Of a DNA stretch of 64,000 nucleotides, positions 1 to 13,000 are shown one piece after another. Positions within the stretch are counted from its first letter, which is position 1; each line of letters opens with the position of its first letter. Both the position numbers and the translations under genes were made by a program. Below the pieces are notes generated by a model. The model did not search any database, had not been told where the DNA came from, and saw nothing but the letters and a program-made list of their open reading frames with translations. This DNA comes from Felis catus (taxonomy: Eukaryota): positions 21,268,001 to 21,332,000 of the forward strand of contig NC_058369.1 of assembly GCF_018350175.1 (NCBI RefSeq). The letters run 5' to 3'.

Positions 1-586
1 TAGCTGTGAGTCCCTAACCATATAAGCTTAGAGAACCACCAGAACACCAATGATAGCAGACTAAAAATAACCCATGTTTAAGTCATTTTCTTCCTGGCTG
101 AAACACAGCACCACAGAGTTAGCTTCAAAGAGAGGAGAGTTCTATTCTGCAGCCAAGATTCCTCTCCTTCCAACCCAACTAGCTACTTTGGAAACATGCA
201 TTGCACGTGACAAAGGGAGTGGGGTGTGCAAATGCATTCATAAACCTATTTCCACAACTGGGAAAACTCCAAGGAAATCATTCTGAATTTAAAAATAAAA
301 GCTTGAAAATTCCCTCTCTCTCCACAAGAGCTTAGAATAAGGAAGAAGCTTGGGAGGTATAAATATGAATGTGCAAGATCCTCCCAATTTCTCACCAAAA
401 GAAACATAGGCAAGTCCTAAACGTAGGCAATTTCATTTTTTGACTAAAACCTTGGAGGCCTATAAGACTCAGCCCTCTGTAGGTAATGTTCTACCCGAGA
501 AAGCAGGGGGTAAGTTGCTGTTCCTATATTAATATCAGAGAGTAAAATTCCAGGGAATCCCTAGTTAACTGCCTTCTACCTATTTT

Positions 587-808
587 ATTTTATTTTAATT
601 TTTTTTAAACGTTTATTTTTGAGGCAGAGAGAGACAGAGCATGAACGGGGGAGGCTCAGAGAGAGAGAGGGAGACACAGAATCGGAAACAGGCTCCAGGC
701 TCTGAGCTCTCAGCACAGAGCCCGACTCGGGGCTTGAACTCACGAACCGCGAGATCATGACCTGAGCTGAAGTCGGGCGCTTAACCAGCTGAGCCATCCA
801 GGTGCCCC
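587..808 (-). mobile_element. CAN-SINE (feline SINEC)
   Basis: tRNA-derived head, CT tract, A-tail; TSD GCCTTCTACCTATTTT at 571-586 and 809-824. Confidence 0.93.
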
Positions 809-2052
809 GCCTTCTACCTATTTTAATCATTTAACTGTGAGAAAGAAATTGACAAAGTGCCTAGGAAGTACATTTTGAGACTCTAAGTAGTTACATTTTT
901 GAGAAATTCACCCTACCACTTTTTTTTCTGTGTTGAGAGTTTCAGCAAAAGGCTTATTTAGATTAATTTAGGGAAGAAAGGGGAAGGCTCTGCTTTAGGT
1001 ATCTCACTATTTAGCTACAGATGACATGTCCTTCCTTTTACTATCCTTTTTCCTTTTTTAAACATGTGTGTTCACTCATCAAGTATTTAACAGTACCTAC
1101 ATGCCACACACAGTCTAGATGCCAGGAACAGGTGAATAAGGCAGTATCTTTTGTGGAGCTATCATTCTCCTTGGTAGAAGACAGAAAGTAAACATGTAAA
1201 CAAATAAATAAGCTATTTCACATACATTGATACAAACTAAAGACCACAGAACAGAGTGATGTGATGATGGATGGGAAAGGAGGGATGTGAGGCAAACAAT
1301 TTAGATAGAGGGTCAAGAAAGTCCTCTCCTAGCTGACGTTGTATTAATGAATGTTACAATCATGAAAAAAAAGGGAAGCCTGGATGGCTCAGTCAGTTGA
1401 ACGTCCAACTCCTGATCTCGGCTCAGGTCATATCTCACAATTTGTGAGTTCGAGCCCCATGTCGGGCTCCTCGCTCACAGTGCAGAGCCTGCTTGGGATT
1501 CTCTCTTTCGCTCTCTGTCCCTCCCCACCCCCCCAAAAAAGAAAAAAGAACCATGAAAAAGAGCAAGTCACAGAAAGAGCCAAAGGAAGCTCGTTCTAGG
1601 CAGAAGAGCAACTGCAAAATTCCAGAGGCAGGAGCATACCCTGGCATGTTCTAGGAACAGCACCAGTCTAATCTACAAAAATATCCCTAAGGTGATTCTC
1701 CTGATTCTGCAACTTTTAATCACAACACTGCCCACCCTTATAAGATACCTCAATCTAGCAATACTGAACAATCCTTGATAATATGAAGGTTCTCCTTAAA
1801 ACTGGGCAGGAAATATGCATTAATGTAAGAGCAACTCATGAAAATAACCACTCATGGCATACACTGTCCAGGATGTCCTAGTATCCCTTGCAATTGCAGT
1901 GGGGCTCTCTGGCTGTATGCCCCTTTGCCCTCCTAGTTACCAACATAACTCCACAGGAAGCCCAGCTGCCCAAGCAGCACAGAAGAAATCACAGGCAGGG
2001 CCCTTGTCTACCTCCCAGTGGTCCATCTCACCCACTCCAGCTGCACACTTAC

Positions 2053-4542
2053 TCCTTCAGTCACTGTGCCTTGATTGTCTTGCCCATCGTCATCATCATC
2101 TTCATCATCTGCTTCTCCTTTCTGAACAAACTCATTTCTTGTTCGAAGGTACAAATCCCAGAGTTTGCAAGCAGCTTTATATTCAGGAGAATCTGGCTGT
2201 ACATTAACAAAGAGAAGAGAAAAAAATAGCACTTTAGTTATTTTATTGTAAGTCAATGACTACTTTTAAAGTATCCTAATCCAGAAGAGACTAGTATTCT
2301 AAGACATAACTTTGAAACTTAATTATAAATTTAGAAATCCTTGTGATAAAAGATACACGGGCCTTAATTCCTCCTTGGAACTAAGTGTATGTTTTAAAGG
2401 CATTCTAGAATCATATTATTTTATTGATTTATAACCTACTACCTCATTACAGAAAGACTTGAGGGATAATATAGATGATTTGCTAAATTAAGACAAATTA
2501 TTAGTGATACACTATGAAAAACACTTTTAAATTTTATTAAATTTTTTTTTCATGTTTGTTTATTTTGAGAGAGAGAGCACAAGCAGGGGAGGGGCAGAGA
2601 GAGAGAGGGAGACAGAGAATCCCAAGCATGGGGCTTGATCTCACAAACCATGAGATCATGACCTGAGCTGAAATCAAGAGCTAGATGCTCAACCGAGTCA
2701 CCCAGGAGCCCCAAGAAAGACAATTTAAAAAATAAGACCCAATTTAAGGGATATAAGTAAAAAGGATAGAAGCTAATGATTTTTCTAATACTACTTCTAT
2801 TTTTTAAAACTATTTACTATTTTATTTGAAGATTTATTTTCCTGAATAGGGATGAACTCAAACTGAAACTTTCCAGTAAAAGCAATGCTGGATGCAATCT
2901 TAAAATCAATCAATCAAATAAACAAAACTTCCAAAATGCATCCATGTGCTGCCAATAAGGAGTAAGCTATGTTTAAAAAAGCAAGAGTAGAGGGGCGCCT
3001 GGGTGGCTTAGTCGGTTAAGTGTCAGACTTCAGCTCAGGTCATGATCTCACAATTTGTGGGTTCAAGCCCCGCATCAGGCTCCATGCTGACAGCTCGGAG
3101 CCTGGAGCCTGCTTCCGATTCTGTGTCTCCCTCTCTCTCTGCCCCTGGCCTGCTCACACTCTGTCTCCCTCTCTCTCAAAAATAAATAAACATAAAAAAA
3201 AATTTTTTTAAAGCAATAGTAGAATAAAAGCAGGAACTCAGATGAATAAGCAGAACACAGAAGCCAATGTTCACCTGAGGATATTTTTTATTTTGTTTTG
3301 TGTTTTTTTTTTTCTGTTTTTCTTTTTGTACTTTAGAGAGAAAGAGAGAATCTCAAGTAGGCTCCGTGCTCAGTGTGGAGCTCAACACAGGGCTTGATCC
3401 CATAACTCTGGGATCATGATCTGAGCCGAAATCAAGAGCCAAAATCAAGACTCAACCAACTAAGCCACCCAGGTGCCCCTCACCTGAGGACATCTGTAAG
3501 ACAAGATAAAGCTAAGCTTTAGTTTTCAAGGCTCCCTGAGGCTACAAGAACAAGAGATATAGGTCAAGGCCCACCAAAAGCTGGGATTCCAAAGGCCACA
3601 GTTGCTGTGTAAGTGGGAATTCAAAACAATTCAGCCTCCACCTCAGCCTCCACACAGCTCAACCTGTTCCTATCTCAAACCATGGCACTGCAGGGAAAAG
3701 GAGAGGTACGGGAATGCTCTGCTCTGAGAACTCTTCATAAGCTAGCCCTAACAGAGACAGGCCAGTGCCTGGGATAAGCAACACGCTTCCCTGAAGGAAC
3801 TCAACTTCAATATAAGCCTCAAAGGATCTCTAGAGATCAAGTTCCAAGAAATATGAGCTCAAGGTTAAAATCCATGAAACACACAAGAGTGATGTCAGCA
3901 GAAATGACCACAAAATCAGACATGCAATTATTTCAGATACTGGAACTATCTGCCACAGAATTAAAAATAAGTAGCTTGAACACACTTAAAGAACCAAGGG
4001 GGAGGGGTGCCTGGGTGGCGCAGTCGGTTAAGCGTCCGACTTCAGCCAGGTCACGATCTCGCGGTCCGTGAGTTCGAGCCCCGCGTCGGGCTCTGGGCTG
4101 ATGGCTCAGAGCCTGGAGCCTGTTTCAGATTCTGTGTCTCCCTCTCTCTCTGCCTCTCCCCCGTTCATGCTCTGGCTCTCTCTGTCCCAAAAATAAATAA
4201 ACGTTGAAAAAAAAAAAAAAAACATTAAAAAAAAAAAAAAAAAAAAAGAACCAAGGGGGTAGAAAATATAAGTACAGAAGACCCTGAAAAAGAAACTATT
4301 TCCAAAATATGAAAAATATAAAATTAAAATGTAAGAACTGAATAGATTAGTTTAAGAGCAGATTACAAAGTAAACTGGCAGAACTAAAGAAATTACCTAA
4401 AAAGTAATATAGGAGGGGCACCTGGGTGGCTCAGTCAGTTAAGCATCCGACTTCAGCGCAGGTCATGATCTTACAGTTTGTGGGTTCGAGTCCCGTGTCA
4501 GGCTTTGTGCTGACAGCTCAGAGCCTGGAGCCTGCTTTGGAT

Positions 4543-4588
<46 letters not shown>

Positions 4589-6998
4589 CCTCCCCTTCAA
4601 AAATAAATGTTAAAAAAAAAAAAAAAAAAAGCAACACAGGCACTATAAAGGGAACTATGAACTGTTAGGAGAGACAGAGACCTGAGGGAGGTCTAACAGA
4701 ACTCCAATCAGAGTTCCATCAGGGGAGAGAGAGAGAGGAGTGGGGCAGGGGCAGTATACAAAGACATAACAGCTGCAAACTTGTCACAGTTGATGAAAAA
4801 CACCAACTCCAAAGATTTAGGAAGCCCTACAACTTCCAAATTATACAAAGAAAAAGACATTCATATCTAGACATATCATCATGAAACTATAGAACACAAA
4901 AGACACAAGGAAGATACCAAAGACAGCCAGAAAGAAAAGATAGCTAACCTTTAAAGGAACTAAAATTATACTGACAGAGGACTTCCTGATGGCAATAAAA
5001 GAATAAAGAATAGGAGCACCTGGCTGGCTGAGTAGGAAAAGCATGTAACTCTTGATCTCGGGGTGATGAGTTCAAGCCCCACGTTGGTGTAGAGATTATA
5101 TAAGATAAATAAATAGACTTAAGAGGCACCTGCGTGGCTCAGTCGGTTAAGCATCTAACTTCGGCTTAGGTCATGATCTCACAGCTTGTGAGTCTGGGCC
5201 CCGTGTCGGGCTCTGTGCTGACAGTTTGGAGCCTAGAGCCTGCTTCAGATTTTGTGTCTCCCTCTCTCTGACCTTCCCCCACTCATGCTCGCTCGTTCTC
5301 TCTCTCTCAAAAATAAACACTAAAATAACTTTTTTAAAAAGAATAAAGAGTATAATGCAAATAAAAACAAATACCATATATAAAACAACATTACTTTATG
5401 GGATTAAAAATTTGTCACAACAGCGGCACCTGGCTGGCTCAGTTGGTGGAGCATGGGACTCCTGATCTCGGAGTTGTGGGTTTTAGCCCCACGTTTGGTA
5501 CAAAGATTACTTAAAGATAAAATCTTAAAAAAAACCCTGCCACAACAGAACTAAAATACAAAACATCAGTAGCATAAATAGGGAGATCTGAAATGAGTTA
5601 TGCTAAAGTCTTTGTGTTGTTTAGAGGGAGGTTTAAGATGCTGATTAACTTTTGACTTTGATAAGTTAATTATGCATATTAAAACTTCTTAAGAATAGAT
5701 TATCAACAGATCTTAGAATCCCCAAATCACAAGAAAAGAAGAGGGAATAATAACAAAATGAAACCAAAAGGCAGAAAGAAAAACAAAATAAGAAAAAAAA
5801 AATTTACAAAATGAAATAGAAAGTAGAAATTTAGATGACAGGAATACATCCAAACATAATGCTAATTACTAAAACTGTAAAGACATGAAATGTTCCAGTT
5901 AAAAGGCAAAGATTATCACCTGTATTAATAGAAATTCATGTATATGCTGTTTACAAGTGATATATCAGCATGAAAAGGTTGAAGGAAAAGAAGGCAAAAA
6001 AATAAACTAGGTAAACATAAAAATAAAAGCTGACATAACTACACTAATATCATATAAAACAGACTTCAACAAAAGACACTAGTAATGATACAACAGAACC
6101 CCCCCAAAACTTCAATTTGCTAGGACAATATAACAATTTTAAACTTGTATGCTCACATTTGCATATTAAAACTTAAATAATACACAAAAATACATAAAGC
6201 AGGAGGGCCAGGGTGGCTCAGTCAGTTAAGCATCTGACTCTTGACTTTGGCTGAGGTCATGATCTCATGGTTCCAGAGTTCGAGCCCCCTCATCAAACTG
6301 CTGATAGTGCAGAGCCTGCTTGGGATTCTCTGTTTCCCTCTCTCTCTGTCCCTCCCCTGCTTGCTCTCTCTTGAAGTAAATAAAAAAGATTCTCTCTCTC
6401 TCTCCTGCCCCTCTCCCCTACTTTGCATGAGCGCTCTCTCTTAAAACAAAACAAAACAAAACAAAAAAAACTAAGAAAGCAAGCAAAAAAAAAAAAGGTG
6501 GTATAGCGATATAATACCATATTATATAGTCATAAGAAGGAATGAAATATTGGGGTACCTGGGTGGCTTACTCAGTCAGTTGAGCCTCTGACTTTGGCTC
6601 AGGTCATATCTCGTGGTTCCTGAGTTCAAGCCCCACATCGAGCTCGCTGCTGTCAGCACAGAGCCTCCTTTGCGTCCTCTGTCCCCCGCCTCTATCTGCC
6701 CCTCCCCAACTTGTGCTCTCTCTCAAAAATAAATAAAACGCTAAAAAGAAAAGTTGGGAATGCAAGCTGGTGCAGCCACTCTGGAAAACAGTATGGAGGT
6801 TCCTCAAAAAACTAAAATTAGAACTACCCTATGACCCAGCAATGGCACTACTAGGCATTTATCCAAGGGATACAGGTGTGCTGTTTCAAAGGGACACATG
6901 CACCCCTATGTTTATAGCAGCACTATCAACAATAGCCAAAGTATGGAAAGAGCCCAAATGTCCCTTGATGGATGAATGGATAAAGAAGATGTGGTATG

Positions 6999-7032
<34 letters not shown>

Positions 7033-10000
7033 GGAGTATTACTCAGCAGTCAAAAAGAATGAAATCTTGCCATTTGCAACTACATGGATGGAACTGGAGG
7101 GTATTATGCTAAGTGAAATTAGAGAAAGACAAAAATCATATGACTTCACTCATATGAGGACTTTAAGAGACAAAACAGATGAACATAAGGGAAGGGAATC
7201 AAAAATAATATAAAAACAAGGAGGGGGACAAAACAGAAGAGACTCTTAAATATGGAGAACAAACTGAAGGTTACTGGAGGAGTTGTGGGAGGGGGGATGG
7301 GCTAAATGGGTAAGGGGCACTAAGGAATCTACTCCTGAAATCATTATTGCACTATATGCTAACTAATTTGGATGTAAATTAAAAAAAAATAAAAAATAAA
7401 ACAAGTTAAAATAAAAATAAACAAATAAATAAATAATTTAAAAAAGAAAAAGAAATGAAAAGTAAAGAAAGAAGTACTAATATATGTTACAGCATGGATG
7501 AACTTTGAAGACACCTCCGTGAAAGCAGCTAGTAACCTAAGGCCATACAGTATTCGATTCCATTTACATGCAGTGTGCCCAACAGGAAAATCCACAAGGA
7601 AAGAAAGTAGATTAGTGGTTGCCAGAGGCAGGGAGGAAGGGAAATGGAGAACACCTGTTAATGGTATGGTTTTCATCTTGGAGTAGTGAAAATATTCTGG
7701 AGGTAGATAATGGTGATCTTTGCACAACTTTGTGAGTATACTAACCCTCCCAGAATTCTACACATTTTTAAAAAGTGTGAATTTTATCTCAATTAAAGAA
7801 AAAAAAAACCATATATATACACACTACACAATATTAAGAATAAATCTAATAACATTTTGCAGAATCTTTATGAAGCTTTACTAAGATAAATTAAAGAAGA
7901 CTTAAATAAATGAAGATATATCAAATTCAAAGACTGGAAAAGTCAGTATCACAATTATGTCAATTCCCCAAAATATGATCTAAGGAGTCAATGCAATCCA
8001 ATAAAACTTCCAACAATTTTTTTGTGCTTGACCTAACACACTAATAATATATACATGTATGACAAAAGGGCTGAGAAGGGGCGCCTGGGTGGCTCAGTCG
8101 GTTAAGCATCCGACTTTGGCTCAGGTCATGATCTCGCGGTCCGTGAGTTCGAGCCCCGCGTTGGGCTCTGTGCTGACAGCTCAGAGCCTGGAGCCTGTTT
8201 TGGATTCTGTGTCTCCCTCTCTCTCTGACCCTCCCCCGTTCATGCTCTGTCTCTCCCTGTCTCAAAAATAAACAAAAACGTTAAAAAAAAAAAAAGGGGC
8301 TGAGAATAATCAAGAATGATCAATAACCAGTGCTTTCCTTACCTAATAAGGAATTATAAAGGCATAATAATTAAGGCAAGAATGTAATAGCCCAGTAATA
8401 GATAAACTTGCCAGAACAAAAAGAACAAATTAAAGGCCAGAAAGGGACCCATGAGTACATGGAAATGGTGTCAGCACTGACAGAGCAAACAAATATGGAG
8501 AGGTTGCCACTTCAAGGTGCTGCTTATCCCTGTTAGGAAAAAAAAATAGGTCCTTACCTCACAGAAGACACCAAAAGCCAATGTGAGCTGCCTTAAAGGC
8601 TTACATGCGAAAAACAAACAAACTTTTAGGAGAAAATATACAAGAACTTTTTTTGTTTGTTTGTTTCAAGGTTTTAGTTGAGTTCTAGTTAGTTAACATA
8701 TACTGTAATATTTAAGAGAAGAATTATCTTTGGGCGCCTGGGTGGCTTAGTCGTTAAGCATCTGACTTTGGCTCAGCTCATTATCCTACAGTTTGTGAAT
8801 TAGAGTCCCACATTGGGTGAGCTCGTGCCCCACTTCAGGTGAGCTCATGCCCCACTTAGGGTAAAACACGAGCGGCTGGTGAGCTCCGCTTCTCTCGCTC
8901 TCTCTGCCCCTTGCTCACTTGTGCCCTCTCTCTTTCAAAAAAAAAAAAAAAAAAGAGAGAGAGAGAGATTATCTCTATAATCTTTGAATAAGAGGGATTT
9001 TTGAAATAAGACACAAATAACAAACTACAAAGACTAATAAGTTTGATTATATTAACATAAAAATATTCTGTTCATCAAGACATCACAAAGAATGAAAATA
9101 GCTACATAGCGGGAAAAGATACCTGCAACAAATACTACAAAAGAGGATTAGTCTCTACAGTATATAAAAAATTTCTAAAAATATGAAAATGACAACTCCA
9201 GAGAAAAACAGGCAAAAGATTTGAACAGACTCAAAAGTAACAAAAATGGTTCATGTTATATGAACCTTCAGTCTATTTTATTTTCTTTAACATGTTTATT
9301 TTTGAGAGAGCACGAGTAGGGGAGGAGCAGAGAGAGGTGGGGACAGAAGATCCAAAGTGGGCTCTGCACTGACAGCAGTAAGACCAATGTGGGGCTTGAA
9401 CTCAGGAATTGTGAGATCATGAACTAAAATGAAGTCAGATGCCCAACCAACTGAGCCATGCAGGTGCCCCCAGTCTCTTTAGTAGCAAGAGAAACACAAA
9501 CTCAAACCACTCAATGAGTAAACACTACTTACCTACCAGACTGATAAATATTAAAAAAGCCAAATTATTATCAAATAGGATACCTTCCAAATTTGACGGT
9601 TTCTTACCTTATAATAGGCCTTTGCATTGTTAAAAAGGAGCTGGAAGTCAGCAGTCAGCAGATTAACATCATCATACTCTTCCATTTTTAACTTTTGTTG
9701 GATTTTCATCAAATCAATGGGCTGAGAAACCACTTCATAATAGTCTGGTTGATTTCTGTTATAATTTTTTTAAAAAAGGTATTAGTCCAAAGCCTATGAA
9801 AAGTTATATTTCAAAACTATTTTTTGTCCAACATTCCAAGTGACAGAACATATTAGACTTATTCCCATTATTAGAACTAAAAGGGAGTAACAAAAGGTGC
9901 ATATGCAAGGCCTTTTTTAAGTATATGTTAGTGACATAAAAACCTAACTTAACGCTTGTGATGATCATTTATGTGCTAAATATTTAAGATTTAGGGCACT

Positions 10001-13000
10001 AACACTAAAACTATATGTATCTTCTGCAAATGAAAATAACTTACCTTTCATGTTCAATAGTGGCTGAAAACAGATTCAGGTTTCAAAACTCTTTAAAACT
10101 TATTTTCTGTATGACCTTCACTATCCTCCCTTCCAAGAGATAATTACCATCCTGGATTTTATATTTACCATTCCTATGTGTTTTTCTTTTTTTAATAGTT
10201 TGGTCATGTTTATTTGTTCTTACGCCCTTTCATCTTTGGTAACCTCTTTGTGCCAAGGACCACATCTTTCTTCTTTGTAAGTTTAGTAATTGATATTAGA
10301 GAAGTTTACATATAACAGGCACTTGATAGTACTTGGCAGAAAAAGCTCTGTGGTCACCAAGCAAAGGTCATACAGGAAATTTCAAAAGTAGTGTTTTTTT
10401 TAAGTTTTTTTTTTTTTTTTTAATTTATATTGAGAGAGAGAAAGAATGTGAGCGCACACACGTGTGCCGGGGAGGAAACGAGAGAGAGGACAGAGAACCC
10501 CAAGCAGGATGTCAATGTGGAGACTGATGTGGGGGCTTGATCTTAGGAACTATGAGATCATGATCTGAACAGAGACCAAAAGTCAGACACTCAATAGACT
10601 GAGCTACCCCGACGTTTTCACGTTTTTTTTTTTTTAATGTTTATTTTGAGAGAAAGAGAGCATGAGTGGGGGAGGGGCAGAGAGCGAGAGGAAGGAAGAG
10701 AATCCCAAGCAGGCTCCATACCGTCAGAGCAGAGCTTGACACAAGGGTCAAACTCATGAACTGTGAGACCAAAACCTGAGCTGAAATTAAGAGTCAGATG
10801 CTTGGGGCGCCTGGGTGGCGCAGTTGGTTGAGCGTCCGACTTCAGCCAGGTCACGATCTCGCGGACCGTGAGTTCGAGCCCCGCGTCGGGCTCTGGGCTG
10901 ATGGCTCAGAGCCTGGAGCCTGTTTCCGATTCTGTGTCTCCCTCTCTCTGCCCCTCCCCCGTTCATGCTCTGTCTCTCTCTGTCCCAAAAATAAATGTTG
11001 AAAAAAAAAAAATTAAAAAAAAAAAAAAAAAGAGTCAGATGCTTAAGTGACTCAGCCACCCAGGTGTCCCTCAAAGGCAGTTCTAATGATAATGTCTTAG
11101 GTTGGGTTTTGGGTTCATGGATGTTTATTCTTCTTCTTTCTGGCTTTTTTTCAAACGAAATTTCATGAGACAAGTATATAAGTGACTATTTCTCTCAATT
11201 CTCCTTCAGGGGTAGGTAGTTAACTCCATTCCAGATGTATAAGAAACCTGTTATTACATACAAAGAATGTCATGGTCATTAAGGCTTTACTCTCTCTTGG
11301 GACTGTGATTGACATATTATAGCCATATATGTAGGATATATTTAATTTTTAAAATCATTTTATTCTGACATAAAAATTGCAGTAATAGTACAAAGCGTGT
11401 TTCCCAGAACCACTAGAAAGCTGCTCAGATGAGGTCTTATCACCCCTAAATAGTTTAGTATTTCCTACAAACAAGGACCACTGCTCAACCAACAAAATCA
11501 GAAAACTGACTTTGATGGTATCACTATCTAATCCTCAAACCCCATTCATGTTCTGCAATTGTTCCAAAATTGTCTTTTATAGCAAAAGGATCAAGTCCAG
11601 AATCGCATGTTGCATTTAGTTCTATTTCTTTAGTCTCCTTCATTCTGAAACAGTTCCTCAGTCCTTCCTCAACTTTCAGGATCTTCATACTTTTGAAGAT
11701 TACGGGCCATTTATTTTATAGGGTGTCCCTCAATTTGAGTTTGTCTGTTTTCCCAATGAATAAACGCAGGTAACGCTTCTTTGGCAGGACTATGACAGAC
11801 ATGATATTGTGTTCGTCACACCTGATAAAATATTAGGTGGCACACAATTTCAACTTGTCTCAGTACTTAGGTGAGGCTGAATTTGGTCACTTGATTTTAG
11901 TGATGTCCATCAAGCTTCTCAATTGCTCCCTGTATTTTATAGAGCAGTACCTCCTGACTATATTAAGTCCATTCTTAATCAATTTACTCATTTATTTATA
12001 TCCATATGGATTCCTGGATTCCTATTTGGAAGTCATTAAAATCCATTAACTATTCTGATGTTCAATCTGTTCAAGGTTGGGCCAGTTGGAATCCTTTCAA
12101 GATGGTTTCTATTCTCTATGTCCTTTTGACACCCATCACCCTTTGAACATCTGCTTACTTTCTGGCTGCCTAAGATATTACAGGCTCATCTTGTACTTTC
12201 CCTGCCATTAAAATCAGCCATTTCCCCAAAGAACTACTGGTGTGTTGCTGCTCCCAGGCTGTCTCAATGGACAAAGCTGCGGACAGACATAAGCTCACTT
12301 ATACCTAAATTTCTATTACCAACATATGTTGGAAACCATGAATTCACACCAACGTTTCCAATTCCAATCCTACAACAGAGTTCATTCTAGTTTCCTTGCC
12401 ATATTTGTACTCCCTTTCTCAGATAATGAGAAGCCTGGGTCATATTATTCACAATGTATCTACTACAACGATTCATCTCCTGTATGTAACCAATCTCCTC
12501 TTGCTGCTGTCTACCCGGACCCCACAAGGCTTCTCCTCACCTCACTAAGGCTATAGCCCCCTGCCTGGGCTAGGTCACAACCCCAGCAGATGCCCTCCCG
12601 GCCCCATCCATGATAGGCCACTACCACCACCACTCTCCCAACATGGACATCCTCCCCTCTCCACTCAGGCCTCCAGACCCTGTGCCAGGAAGTCCTTCCA
12701 CATGACCCCCCACTTTCCCATGCTCAAGCTGACACTCCGTGACGTGATACTGCTACTGTCCAAATCCTCTCCCCAACACCCCAACACCTGTCTTCCCTGT
12801 AGATGTTAAGCTTGCTCAGTCTCACCTAATGGCTTCTGGATTAAGTTCTTCAGGAAGAGAAATGAGGAGAAAGAACAAACTGAATTTTTTAAAACTTTTA
12901 CCAATTATTTATGATTTTAGTGAACTATAAAATTAAGTATGAGGGAAATAAAAGGAGTACTCATTCTGCTATTCAGACAAAGTATAAGAACATAAAGGTC

